From a virus: a stretch of 64,000 bases of DNA. The position numbers were made by a program, and so were the translations under genes. The notes under the pieces were generated by a model. It did not search any database. It was given only the letters and a program-made list of their open reading frames with translations, and had not been told where the DNA came from. This document shows, in pieces, positions 41,703 to 51,101 of this stretch. Location of the stretch: the IMG/VR virus record IMGVR_UViG_3300030107_002093, positions 38,726 to 102,725 of that record. One strand, 5' to 3'. Every line of letters begins with the position of its first letter. Positions within the stretch are counted from its first letter, which is position 1.

Positions 41703-42298
41703 ACATTCAATATTATCTTGTCAGCCACATCATCGTGGTCAGGCCACCATCTCTGAATCCATTGTGCGGCAATGCCAGCAATAGCCATATGCATTGTGTT
41801 CATCGTGTCAGCCGCACCTTCCCATCCCTCTCCCTGACAGGAGAAGGAACCTTCTGGCCCACTCAATAATGCATCAACCAAGTTCTCGTCTACCTTGTAT
41901 GAAATTAATGCCGCGTTTCTACCCTGTGCGCGTAAATCTAGCCACTTAATCTTCGCAGAGTCTCCATACCCCTGTCGGTATAGAAGACGGCGAACTGCAA
42001 GGTTGTCTGCGCAACAGATTACCAAGTCATATCCCTTGAGTTGCTTCTCAATGTGAACCTTGAATGGAACCGCATTGCAACTAGCAGACCATGTGTCTAC
42101 TTTCAGTTCACCTACATCATGGTCACTATACATCTGATTGCCAAGGTTACCCTTCTCTACCTTATCGTCATCAAAGACTGTTATGTCGTATAGATGCACA
42201 CCCGGCATATCAGTTCTACATCTCTGGTTTATTCTATTCAGGTTGTGAATGAGGTAACTACCTATTCCACCTGCGCCTATTATCATTATCTTTCTCAT
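41699..42298 (-). CDS. ThiF/MoeB/E1-like adenylating enzyme
   Basis: IIGAGGIGS Rossmann motif, FDDDKVEKGNLGNQ, ICCADNLAVR, WLDLRAQG, candidate catalytic Cys in FSCQ. Confidence 0.85.
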   Translation of the reverse strand: MRKIMIIGAGGIGSYLIHNLNRINQRCRTDMPGVHLYDITVFDDDKVEKGNLGNQMYSDHDVGELKVDTWSASCNAVPFKVHIEKQLKGYDLVICCADNLAVRRLLYRQGYGDSAKIKWLDLRAQGRNAALISYKVDENLVDALLSGPEGSFSCQGEGWEGAADTMNTMHMAIAGIAAQWIQRWWPDHDDVADKIILNV

Positions 42299-42500
42299 TT
42301 TCTTTCATCTCCATATATTGTTTTAGTGTCAAGGATAGTCCTCTTTCCTTCATTTCAAGATACAACTCCTTGACAAGTCCCATCTTAATTCCTCTTAGCC
42401 TGTTTTCTCTCGGCCTTCTTTTGCTTGAGGTAGCATCTATCACACACTACATATGAGCGTCTATATTTCTTACGTCCACACTCACAGTATTCCTTCCCCC

Positions 42501-43412
42501 TCAATATCTCACGCCCGATACGAAGTCCTCGACATCCATATCAGATAATCTCTTCCTATCAAGCCCGAATATATCTGCAAATTTTTGCAGAGCGAATCTC
42601 AATCCAATCACTGATGAATTCCATACATCACATATGTTATCTTGTGTGATTGACTCATCCGTCATTTTAGCAGTCCACCAGAAAGTAGCCGCTAACATGG
42701 TATCGGAATACCTCATGTCCAATGCTTCTATATGCCTAGAGACATATTCCACCATCTTCAATACACATATCCTATAGTATTGGGACACCTCAGTATCCAA
42801 CTTACCTATTAGCACAGTCGCCTTCTGAATATGATTCTCAATAGCGAAGACATGTGCCTTACGTTGATGTCTTGCTATACGCCTAGCCATCTTTGATATC
42901 TCATTCTGTTTTACCTTGGTGTATTTGGCATGGTCTTGGATATTACAAACAATCCCTGCTTCCTTCAATACATAGTAGGTAAGACCAGCACATCTTCTCT
43001 CTACACTGCTTCCTCTGAATATCCTTTCACGACACAGTGTCTTGTAATACCCATGAGTCCTATCTTTGATATCCCAACCACTAACGTAGTATGAGAGTGT
43101 AGTGTTGATTAGGAGTTTAGCCCTTCTCTCTGATTCTGTTTCTGGCTGGCTTCTCAGTTGCTCTCTATATAGAGCGAACTTACCACTACTGCCATAGGCC
43201 TCTTGCTTTTTGATATAAGAACCCAATCTACCCGTTGTGACTCCGCGTTTATCATCGTCACTTAGTTTGATTACTTGTGTAGTTTCTTCAAATGGATTCA
43301 CTACTAGAACCAAACCGCAGTCATCGCATGTCCTTTCACCTAAATGCTCAATGAATGTAAAATCCTTGCAACCACATTCCTTACACATGTCACCCGTAGT
43401 TGTCAGGTTCAT
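42501..43412 (-). CDS. tfb: Transcription initiation factor IIB (TFB)-like protein
   Basis: CKECG...GERTCDDCGLVL Zn ribbon; cyclin repeats with RGSSVE..AG..Y and ITQ..I. Confidence 0.8.
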   Translation of the reverse strand: MNLTTTGDMCKECGCKDFTFIEHLGERTCDDCGLVLVVNPFEETTQVIKLSDDDKRGVTTGRLGSYIKKQEAYGSSGKFALYREQLRSQPETESERRAKLLINTTLSYYVSGWDIKDRTHGYYKTLCRERIFRGSSVERRCAGLTYYVLKEAGIVCNIQDHAKYTKVKQNEISKMARRIARHQRKAHVFAIENHIQKATVLIGKLDTEVSQYYRICVLKMVEYVSRHIEALDMRYSDTMLAATFWWTAKMTDESITQDNICDVWNSSVIGLRFALQKFADIFGLDRKRLSDMDVEDFVSGVRY

Positions 43413-44746
43413 CTGTATAACGCTCCTTCTTGTGGGTCACGTCTGTAGAATTCTCTTCTATATCTCTCCTCATACCTAAGAGCAACAGTAGGCGGATACG
43501 GGTATGTTTTAGCAACAATCTTCTTGTCCTTAATAGAACGGTAGGGCTTTAGTAGAGTCCTATCGAACCTATGCTTTCCATCCCATTTCGCTGATAGTGG
43601 TTCAAGACTGCGTAGCGTGTATATCATGTCACCAGCCTGTCTATCATTTAGAAGCATCATAGCCCTAGCCGCTAGTTGGTCACCAATGCTAGAGTTGACA
43701 TGTAGGTTGTCTATGCATATCGGGCCACTCCAGTCCTTGCCACTCCAATAGTATGTATTCACCTTCTGGTGGTTCTGCTTCATTCCCCTCTCAGCATCAG
43801 CGATAATCCAATCAGCATCCTTGCCTCTTACGAATAGTGCCATGTATCCCTCATGTAGAACTAGTTCTATGTTATCATACTCTGACGATAAGTCCTGTAG
43901 GAGTTCCTTCGCTCTAGTCTCCACCATATCTTGTGTTCTGTTCTGCATCAACCATGCTATCATCAACTTGAGTTGGCTTTCTGTAGGCTCTTCACCCATT
44001 AGTCTAGTCCACAGTTTCTTCGGTGTTATCCTATACCAAGTCTTAGACCTTGATAGGTTAAGACCGAATGTGTTGATGAAGGTATTCAAATTACTAACGC
44101 TTATCTCACCCCATATGCCTTCTGAAATCTCAAGCACCGCAGTCTTCTCACCTATCAGTGATGTGTTGATTCTAACATCTATCTTAGTTCCATCATCCCA
44201 GAACTGATACGGTGTCCTGTTCTCAAGAGCATACAATACATTAGCAGGGTATGTTACAACTGTGTCAATATAGTTCTCAAGGCTTTCAGCACTTCTGTCA
44301 AAACAACTCTTGAAGATGACCTTCGCAATAGCCCTCGATATGTCCTCAAGATTCATTCTCTGACTGTTGAGAGTATAGACCGAGTTGTTCTTCTGTATCC
44401 ATAGCATAGCATCCCCATCATCCCTCTTGAAGGTAATAATGGCAGTCCACCTATCCCAAGGGGTCACATCTATGTAGCGATATTTAGTGCTAGGAGCCTT
44501 TGGTATCAGATAGTTTCTCACACTAGTAGCGAGCATCTCGTTAGCAGGGTCTAGTTTCTTACTTTCCCTTGAGGCAATGGATAGTTTTGAACTCTGAATA
44601 ACCTTCTCACCTAAGTGATTGGTTCTCCTTCCTAACTTATGCTGAACGCCAGTTACTCTCATCAAAAAAGTAGTTTCGTATAGTTCCCCTGAGTCATCAG
44701 GTCTTGGTATGCAGTATCGTATTTTCATAATAATCACCGTATTCAT
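43409..44746 (-). CDS. Uncharacterised 445 aa protein, candidate E2-like C-terminal domain
   Basis: HQKVN...GPICID resembles the E2 HPN..GxICL active site; lies in the E1/JAB/Ubl neighbourhood; speculative. Confidence 0.35.
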   Translation of the reverse strand: MNTVIIMKIRYCIPRPDDSGELYETTFLMRVTGVQHKLGRRTNHLGEKVIQSSKLSIASRESKKLDPANEMLATSVRNYLIPKAPSTKYRYIDVTPWDRWTAIITFKRDDGDAMLWIQKNNSVYTLNSQRMNLEDISRAIAKVIFKSCFDRSAESLENYIDTVVTYPANVLYALENRTPYQFWDDGTKIDVRINTSLIGEKTAVLEISEGIWGEISVSNLNTFINTFGLNLSRSKTWYRITPKKLWTRLMGEEPTESQLKLMIAWLMQNRTQDMVETRAKELLQDLSSEYDNIELVLHEGYMALFVRGKDADWIIADAERGMKQNHQKVNTYYWSGKDWSGPICIDNLHVNSSIGDQLAARAMMLLNDRQAGDMIYTLRSLEPLSAKWDGKHRFDRTLLKPYRSIKDKKIVAKTYPYPPTVALRYEERYRREFYRRDPQEGALYR

Positions 44747-45035
44747 CTTTATTCATTGTATAGTATTCTTTTTTCTCGTAGAGGTCTAATAGTTCCTCAT
44801 AATTCTTGAAGGTTGAGTAACCTCCTTTAATCAATCGCATTATGCCATACTTCATTTCTGCGAATGATGTTCTCTTCCTTTCATATAGGTGAAAGGCCAA
44901 TCTCGCTGATTCCTTAGCACCAGCATTTGACATTGAGGAGACAATCTCCTCTTCAATAAGTAGCCATGCCTTCGGATTAGATTTCACAACTTCCACCTGC
45001 ACAGGCAACTTCGCCTTGCAGATTTGTATTGTCAT
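44697..45035 (-). CDS. Hypothetical protein
   Basis: ORF overlaps both neighbours; start uncertain. Confidence 0.35.
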   Translation of the reverse strand: MTIQICKAKLPVQVEVVKSNPKAWLLIEEEIVSSMSNAGAKESARLAFHLYERKRTSFAEMKYGIMRLIKGGYSTFKNYEELLDLYEKKEYYTMNKDEYGDYYENTILHTKT

Positions 45036-46842
45036 TGTATTCTAACACTTCGGTTAGGTCTATTTGTTTTAATTTGGCGAACATATCATTATATTGTTCT
45101 TCTTCTATTGCTTCAAATGGTGCTTGTGTATATACACCATTGTCGAATGGTATAACAGATATCCCATTGTAGAAATGTCTGTTATCCCACATCCATTCTT
45201 TCACTTCATCCCACTCTTCATCCCTTACGTTGACTGTGGCTGAAACGTTGTGCGAGTTAACGCCAGACACATGCCCAGCACGAACCCAATTGACTGAGAA
45301 CTTCTTCAATCTATTCAACATTGACAGAGCAGACTCCTCTCTAGTGATTATATCACCAGATGGAGCCTTCTGTGGTATTGCTAGTATTGCTTGGTTCTCA
45401 TCCCACTCGTCATCCTCGACCAACTCTGGGAGTTTGTCTTTCAGATACAAGTAAATGGCTTCGGTTTTCAATACCCGAATCCTACGAATGTAATAATTGG
45501 AATACCATGCATGTATTCCTGATGATGTGCCTAACACACAACTGGTTGTTCCAGCAGGTTTGACACACGTTGTCCTTGCGGCAACATTGATTCCCAATAG
45601 TTTAGCATAGACATTGTTCTCAGCCATAACTTCGTTTGCCGCCGCTTGAAGGTCTAGTTCCTTCAGTTTGTTGCTTGCTATACCTGTCATTGATATCCCA
45701 ATCAATGCCTCCTTCTCAGTGGTAGTCTTCCAAGACTGCCTCAGATAATGGAAATCAGTGTAGGTCGCTTGTAGTGTTCCGAGGAAAGTTGCCGCTCTTA
45801 CTCTCTCTTCCAAGTCCTCTTGACTAGTGACAGTTGATACGTTGACTTCACACAAGTTGCAGAACTGATGATTTTTCAAACTTATCTCTGCACAGGGATT
45901 CGTTCCCCAATCCTTGTCATTGGAGAAGAATATACCCGGCTCACCAGTCTTGTTGGCTCTGGTTCTATTCCACAAGTCATCGAAGAACTCCTTCTCGCAC
46001 TTCTCTCTAATGAGAACTGCTGAGTTGTTCGCTCTTGCTCTTTGTGGATTAGTATCCCAATACTCACCGTTCTTAGCGTTAATCATATCATTGTCATCAG
46101 CGTTGAACAGACTAATCATAGCCGCTCTTCTGATACCACCAGCGAGAACCGCATCAGCAATGTGACACATAACGTCATGTGCTTCTATTGGTTTCATCTG
46201 GTAGTCATCTTCCATATTAAGCAACATGTTCTCGATAGTGACAATACACTTCCTCAATGGAGCAGGGCCGGGAGCCTTACCACCACTAGTCTTCAATGGT
46301 GAACCCTTTGGCCTTACATCCGAATAGTCGAAACGTGGTGTTGTCGTTCTAACACCCGTGTATGCCTCCATTAGAACCTTAACGGCATCAGCCCATCCCT
46401 CAATGGAATCAGCAACTAGATGTCGATAAGTTCTATCAGCATTAGGCTTCAATATACGAGGCAATTGCTCTACATGGTGTCTCTGAACAGAATACCCAAC
46501 CCCTGTGCCGCCCAGCAACAGGAACATGGCTTCTGAAAATGACTCTATAGAGTCAATCGCCATGTATGCACAGTTGTATATTCTGTTCGGAGACAATTCA
46601 ATCGATTTACCTGCGAACTGCATAGAACGCATGGAAGGCAGAACCTTCTTGTCCAATACGAATTCATAGGCCCAATCTATGACTTCGGGAAACCCGTGTA
46701 AGTGAGAGAACTTCTTCTTGTGCATTTCCTTATTTCTATTACAAATCTCTTCCCAAGATTCTCTCCTGAAATTCAATTCGTCATATTTAGCATACTTCAT
46801 GTGTGAAGTTATTTCCGATAGTATCTCTTGTTGTAGTTCCAT
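44977..46842 (-). CDS. nrdJ: Class II (adenosylcobalamin-dependent) ribonucleotide reductase
   Basis: YNCAY, GTGVG, GEPG, TNPCAEI, CNLCEV, VKPAGT, C-terminal CAGGSCEI; no beta subunit nearby. Confidence 0.9.
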   Translation of the reverse strand: MELQQEILSEITSHMKYAKYDELNFRRESWEEICNRNKEMHKKKFSHLHGFPEVIDWAYEFVLDKKVLPSMRSMQFAGKSIELSPNRIYNCAYMAIDSIESFSEAMFLLLGGTGVGYSVQRHHVEQLPRILKPNADRTYRHLVADSIEGWADAVKVLMEAYTGVRTTTPRFDYSDVRPKGSPLKTSGGKAPGPAPLRKCIVTIENMLLNMEDDYQMKPIEAHDVMCHIADAVLAGGIRRAAMISLFNADDNDMINAKNGEYWDTNPQRARANNSAVLIREKCEKEFFDDLWNRTRANKTGEPGIFFSNDKDWGTNPCAEISLKNHQFCNLCEVNVSTVTSQEDLEERVRAATFLGTLQATYTDFHYLRQSWKTTTEKEALIGISMTGIASNKLKELDLQAAANEVMAENNVYAKLLGINVAARTTCVKPAGTTSCVLGTSSGIHAWYSNYYIRRIRVLKTEAIYLYLKDKLPELVEDDEWDENQAILAIPQKAPSGDIITREESALSMLNRLKKFSVNWVRAGHVSGVNSHNVSATVNVRDEEWDEVKEWMWDNRHFYNGISVIPFDNGVYTQAPFEAIEEEQYNDMFAKLKQIDLTEVLEYNDNTNLQGEVACAGGSCEI

Positions 46843-46998
46843 AGATTTCACTCTCTTTTTGATTTCTGTCAGGCTTCCCACCTGACTGACAACCATATCC
46901 CGTTGCTGGGTTTTTTGCGTTATTCAGACCGCATATAATGCTTAGGCAATATTAACAGAGTTGCACTTAAGCATTGCTGATTTTGGAAGATGATAGGT

Positions 46999-47202
46999 TC
47001 AGAGAGAACCTCCGACCATAGCCGGAATCAGGTTGACTGAATCAACCCCATCCCAACTAACTGCCGAAATATTCTCCCTTGAAACCATCTCACCATTCAC
47101 GAATACCCAATGTGTAGGGTGGTCGTTTATCTGGTCGATAACTTCACTGGCGGTAACTTGTAGTTCCGTGTGTCCTGTATCATTCATTATTCTCAATAGC
47201 AT
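46999..47202 (-). CDS. ThiS/MoaD/SAMP-like ubiquitin-fold protein with GG-SL C-terminus
   Basis: 67 aa; VFVNGEMV strand and SVNLIPAMVGG, then two extra residues; AAGGAAGGA RBS. Confidence 0.75.
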   Translation of the reverse strand: MLLRIMNDTGHTELQVTASEVIDQINDHPTHWVFVNGEMVSRENISAVSWDGVDSVNLIPAMVGGSL

Positions 47203-47239
47203 TTTTATTCCTTCCTTGTTTCTTCCATAATCTTGAGGC

Positions 47240-47500
47240 CTATGAAGCCTCCGGTCTGTTCTGCTGGTTTAGTTGCTCCACAAGCCTCTGTTGCTCCTGT
47301 AGCCTACCAGTGAGGATGTTGATTGTCTGCTCATAGTGCTTGCAGAGTGCAATATACTGTTGCAACTGGTTCGCAAGGTTCTGTGCAGTTCCCTGTAGGT
47401 TCAGAGCATTCTGTTGCAATTCTGCAAGAGCCGTCTGAGCCTCTTCCTCATCTTTCTTCGTTGTTTTCTTCGTTGTTTTCTTCTCAGTCATTTCTTTCAC
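47240..47500 (-). CDS. Gln-rich coiled-coil protein
   Basis: Heptad pattern. Confidence 0.55.
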   Translation of the reverse strand: MKEMTEKKTTKKTTKKDEEEAQTALAELQQNALNLQGTAQNLANQLQQYIALCKHYEQTINILTGRLQEQQRLVEQLNQQNRPEAS

Positions 47501-48635
47501 CTTTCAATTCATCAATTAATATTGAAATCTCTCTATTTGTATCGGGTATTTCCCCTTCGTATCCTAATGCTTTGACGTATGACTTTTGGGCATCAGAGGC
47601 CGGTTTATCGTTACGCCGGACTATTTTATTTAGAGTTTGGGCCTGTCTCTCTGTCGGGTCAGCCCCATTAGAGAGCCTTCTCCTCATATCACGGAGGAAA
47701 CTCTTCTCCCAATCATTCATCCCATCATCCTCAGTGAATACGCGGAAGCCGAAGTAGTCACAAACCGTCTTGAACTTGGCTTCTTCCTTCTCCTTACGAG
47801 CAGAGCGTAGTAGAGCATTCTTCTCTACCATTGCTATTCTCCTTGCTTCCTTCTGAGCATCCAAGTCATTGAGTTCCTCAATCCTCTTGGCAACCATCTC
47901 ATCTTCCTTGGCTACCTTCTCCTTGTGTTCCTCAATGAAGGCCCAGAACATAACTAGGTCATCCCATAGTTTGTCGTTGGGATATCCCCTTGTGTTTATC
48001 TGTGCCTTCGCATTGTCAGGATGATTCCATCTCCATACGATAGAAGCCATCTCATAATCGGTATCACCGAATGAGCCTGTTCCCTTCTTGCGTATAGCAG
48101 TAACAGGAACAGTCGTTCTAAGTGTTTCATCGTAACGATACTTACCCTTCTTCTGCCTGACGTTCAATCTAAGGTCTAGTTCCTTGATGTCATCGAACAT
48201 CTCAGTGAAATCCTCACCGTGAACATTCCACCAAGCAGTCTGCTTCAGTGCTTCCACACGAACATTAATCCACTGCTCAATCATCTCTTCAGAAATCTCA
48301 CCAGCCTTCAAGCCAGTCTCCTCACGAATAGCCCTGAGAATCAGATACGAGTTGATGTGGTCTGAACCTACGGCTCTCCTCACATCAGTCTCAGTATTGT
48401 GTATCTCAAAGTGATATGTGATATTGTGACCACACATACAGTAGCCTAGTGACTCCACCCAATCGGGCTTCTCGCCTAGTGTTCTCCACCATACGTTGCC
48501 TGTCGCAATCCACTCATGCTTGGCTTCATCGTAGTTGTCTGCCTTGGATAGGTCAACCATGTTCTGCTTCAGTTTCCTATCCCAATGACCATCTCCGAGT
48601 TCCCTCTTCCTTGGCAACTCTGTTATTTCAGCCAT
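47484..48635 (-). CDS. Hypothetical protein with Zn-binding motif and coiled coil
   Basis: CMCGH...VGSDH. Confidence 0.55.
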   Translation of the reverse strand: MAEITELPRKRELGDGHWDRKLKQNMVDLSKADNYDEAKHEWIATGNVWWRTLGEKPDWVESLGYCMCGHNITYHFEIHNTETDVRRAVGSDHINSYLILRAIREETGLKAGEISEEMIEQWINVRVEALKQTAWWNVHGEDFTEMFDDIKELDLRLNVRQKKGKYRYDETLRTTVPVTAIRKKGTGSFGDTDYEMASIVWRWNHPDNAKAQINTRGYPNDKLWDDLVMFWAFIEEHKEKVAKEDEMVAKRIEELNDLDAQKEARRIAMVEKNALLRSARKEKEEAKFKTVCDYFGFRVFTEDDGMNDWEKSFLRDMRRRLSNGADPTERQAQTLNKIVRRNDKPASDAQKSYVKALGYEGEIPDTNREISILIDELKGERND

Positions 48636-48877
48636 TAGTCCATCCTCTCATACGCACGTTGTTCTTGTAGATGAGCAGTGAGCAGTTCGTCTATCTTCTC
48701 ATACAAAGCCTCAGCACACCCACCAATCGTCTTGCGATATAGTGAGAGCCAAATCTTGTGTTCCGAATTTAGAACCACCTTTGGTTCATCTCTATCGTTC
48801 ATCGTTATTACAATAGGTGGCATTTCCTCATCGTTAACCAACCTAAATTCTACATTTATTTCTTTCTTCATTTTCAT
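48635..48877 (-). CDS. Hypothetical protein
   Basis: Coupled ORF. Confidence 0.5.
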   Translation of the reverse strand: MKMKKEINVEFRLVNDEEMPPIVITMNDRDEPKVVLNSEHKIWLSLYRKTIGGCAEALYEKIDELLTAHLQEQRAYERMD

Positions 48878-50751
48878 TCCTCCAATTTCCTTTTCATTTC
48901 CTTAGTCATCTTCATTACTACATTCTGATGATAGTCTCTAATCATATCACCAATGTCTTCTCTTCCTTGCATGTCGAATGTCTCTGCAAGCCCTATACAT
49001 TCATTGCTTGAACCAGACACATAACTTCGATTCCATATTGGGATGTCACCATGAACACCTTTCACGGGCTTTCCGAACCTACTTAGAACAACATAGATAG
49101 GGCTGAACCCATGTCTCTTTATCGCTCTCTTGCACTTAGCATCCAACTCTTGTCTATACTCTAATGAGGTAGTAGCATTACCCTCGTAGCACTTTGGCAA
49201 TGTCTTCTTCCAATGATGCCCCACACCATAGCCCTCGTAATGATAATCTCCCTGACCTTCAACGATGAAAGACAGTTCTCTACTAATGCCATCTATTCTC
49301 ATTGGTAACTTTGAGTGTTTGTATCTAGCGACCCTTCCTGTTCTTGTTGGAATTTGCAGTTTGTCATCCCATTTGTAGTCATTACCAAAGTGTGTTAGAA
49401 CGTTAGACAACATCCTGCTCATCTTCTTCTCACCGACTAGCATTCTATTCCATAGGTTCTGCTCCATCTCATACTCAGGCCATAGAAGTTCTACTATCTT
49501 CTTAATACCAAGAAGAGTAGTCTTAGTCTTCGGGTCATACAACTTAGAGATTGCATGAGCAATCTTGTTGGCTCTGCTAACTCCACCATCAATATGATAT
49601 ATCTCATCGGCAGTCAAATTTATGACTTGTTCTAAATCACTCCTACTACTGTTAAATGGGAAATCCTCTACTGTGATGTAGACATCAAGTTCAGGTAGAA
49701 GATAATTGAAGAACCAATGTCTTCCATCTTCAATTGTTATCTCTTCTTTGTATAGACCATTCCTAGTGTTGGAATCACAAACTATCTTGTAGTCTGATTC
49801 AGTCATAATCAACTCGTCACAAACATGTTCTTGGAACGCTTTTATGAACGCCCAAGTCGATTCGTAAAGAGGGTCAGGTTGACCTTCAAAACCACCAATA
49901 TACAATCTGGGATACGCTGGTAACCACGGATGTTCTCTCAAAAGAACCTCTTTGTATTTATTATAACTTCCTAACATTTTCATATCGTCAAACGTAGGAT
50001 TACCACCGTATATCTCTGATACCATCTTTTTGAATAGCGATGGTTCGTTTATCTGAACCGAGTCATCCGAGATAACACCGTAAGTCTTCAACGCCTGTCT
50101 GCTTGTTCGCTTGAGTTTCCAAACAGGCCAACTCTGAACTTCATTAGGAAACATTTGGTCTATCACCCACATGAACATAGAAATATTCACGGGTCTAGTG
50201 TCTTGGCTCTTCTGTCTATGGTTAGGCTTCTTGTAATACTTACCAAACCTTGACCTCTTCTCCCAGAAGTTCATCATCGAACTATACTTCGTGGTGTTGA
50301 GATAATCAAAGAGTTCTTGCATTGGGCCTTCAATCTGAATACCACCAATTTTCATGTTTTCCCAAACTAGTTGCATGAAATCCCAACCGTCATAGGTCGA
50401 AGGAGTATCGCTCTTGTTAAGTCCTAGATACTCACGAATCTCGATTAACTTCTGCCTAACAAACTCGTTATCAACGAATACTCTCTTCTCCTCTAGAAGC
50501 ACGCTTCGGTATAGTGATGGTGAACAGTCGTCACATATCGACTTCCCTTCACGAATCGCAACACCTATTCTGTTCTCTTCTTCAATGTTACCAAGCCATC
50601 CATCCTTTCTACCAGCAATTCGACCATATCTCTTTGCCCAATCGACTAGTAACATAGGTTGGTAACAAACCTTGCAATGTTTAACTTGATTCCAAGTGTC
50701 CTCATTAAAGGGAGTCCTACCAAAGTTTTTACTTCCTTTTGGTCTTCCCAT
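48874..50751 (-). CDS. 625 aa protein with C-terminal DUF559/Vsr-like PD-(D/E)XK endonuclease domain
   Basis: RIDG..ELSFIVEGQGDYHY...ELDAKCK..IK.HG..PIYV; N-terminal GRPKGS and CxxC motifs. Confidence 0.55.
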   Translation of the reverse strand: MGRPKGSKNFGRTPFNEDTWNQVKHCKVCYQPMLLVDWAKRYGRIAGRKDGWLGNIEEENRIGVAIREGKSICDDCSPSLYRSVLLEEKRVFVDNEFVRQKLIEIREYLGLNKSDTPSTYDGWDFMQLVWENMKIGGIQIEGPMQELFDYLNTTKYSSMMNFWEKRSRFGKYYKKPNHRQKSQDTRPVNISMFMWVIDQMFPNEVQSWPVWKLKRTSRQALKTYGVISDDSVQINEPSLFKKMVSEIYGGNPTFDDMKMLGSYNKYKEVLLREHPWLPAYPRLYIGGFEGQPDPLYESTWAFIKAFQEHVCDELIMTESDYKIVCDSNTRNGLYKEEITIEDGRHWFFNYLLPELDVYITVEDFPFNSSRSDLEQVINLTADEIYHIDGGVSRANKIAHAISKLYDPKTKTTLLGIKKIVELLWPEYEMEQNLWNRMLVGEKKMSRMLSNVLTHFGNDYKWDDKLQIPTRTGRVARYKHSKLPMRIDGISRELSFIVEGQGDYHYEGYGVGHHWKKTLPKCYEGNATTSLEYRQELDAKCKRAIKRHGFSPIYVVLSRFGKPVKGVHGDIPIWNRSYVSGSSNECIGLAETFDMQGREDIGDMIRDYHQNVVMKMTKEMKRKLEE

Positions 50752-50753
50752 TT

Positions 50754-51101
50754 TTATTCACCTCTCGGTGTTCTTACTTGCTTAACTTCGTCAACTGCAT
50801 AGGTGATATTCTTGGGAGGCTTATCCTCGTAGTCCCAAGTCTCCTTCATCAGTTCATCGTAGTTCTCCTCATCCACGAATGGTGAACAACACAGTTCATC
50901 ATCCTGAAGCCAACTGACTCCTCTCCTGTATCTCAGGATAGCCAGTTCATCCAACGCTAACTGAAGTAATGACTTCAAATCACCACGACTCAACGTGTAT
51001 AGTTTAGTTCTCTTCAGGAATATCGGTGCGAAGTTCCTTCCTCGCATCAATATTATTCCCTCTTCTTTCCATAGTTTCTCTTCTGCTAACATCTTTCTCA
51101 C
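50754..51101 (-). CDS. Hypothetical protein
   Basis: Coupled ORF. Confidence 0.5.
   Translation of the reverse strand: MRKMLAEEKLWKEEGIILMRGRNFAPIFLKRTKLYTLSRGDLKSLLQLALDELAILRYRRGVSWLQDDELCCSPFVDEENYDELMKETWDYEDKPPKNITYAVDEVKQVRTPRGE

Noticed and set aside
46843-46998. Cobalamin riboswitch upstream of the class II RNR
   Set aside because: No recognisable B12-box, and the space is short
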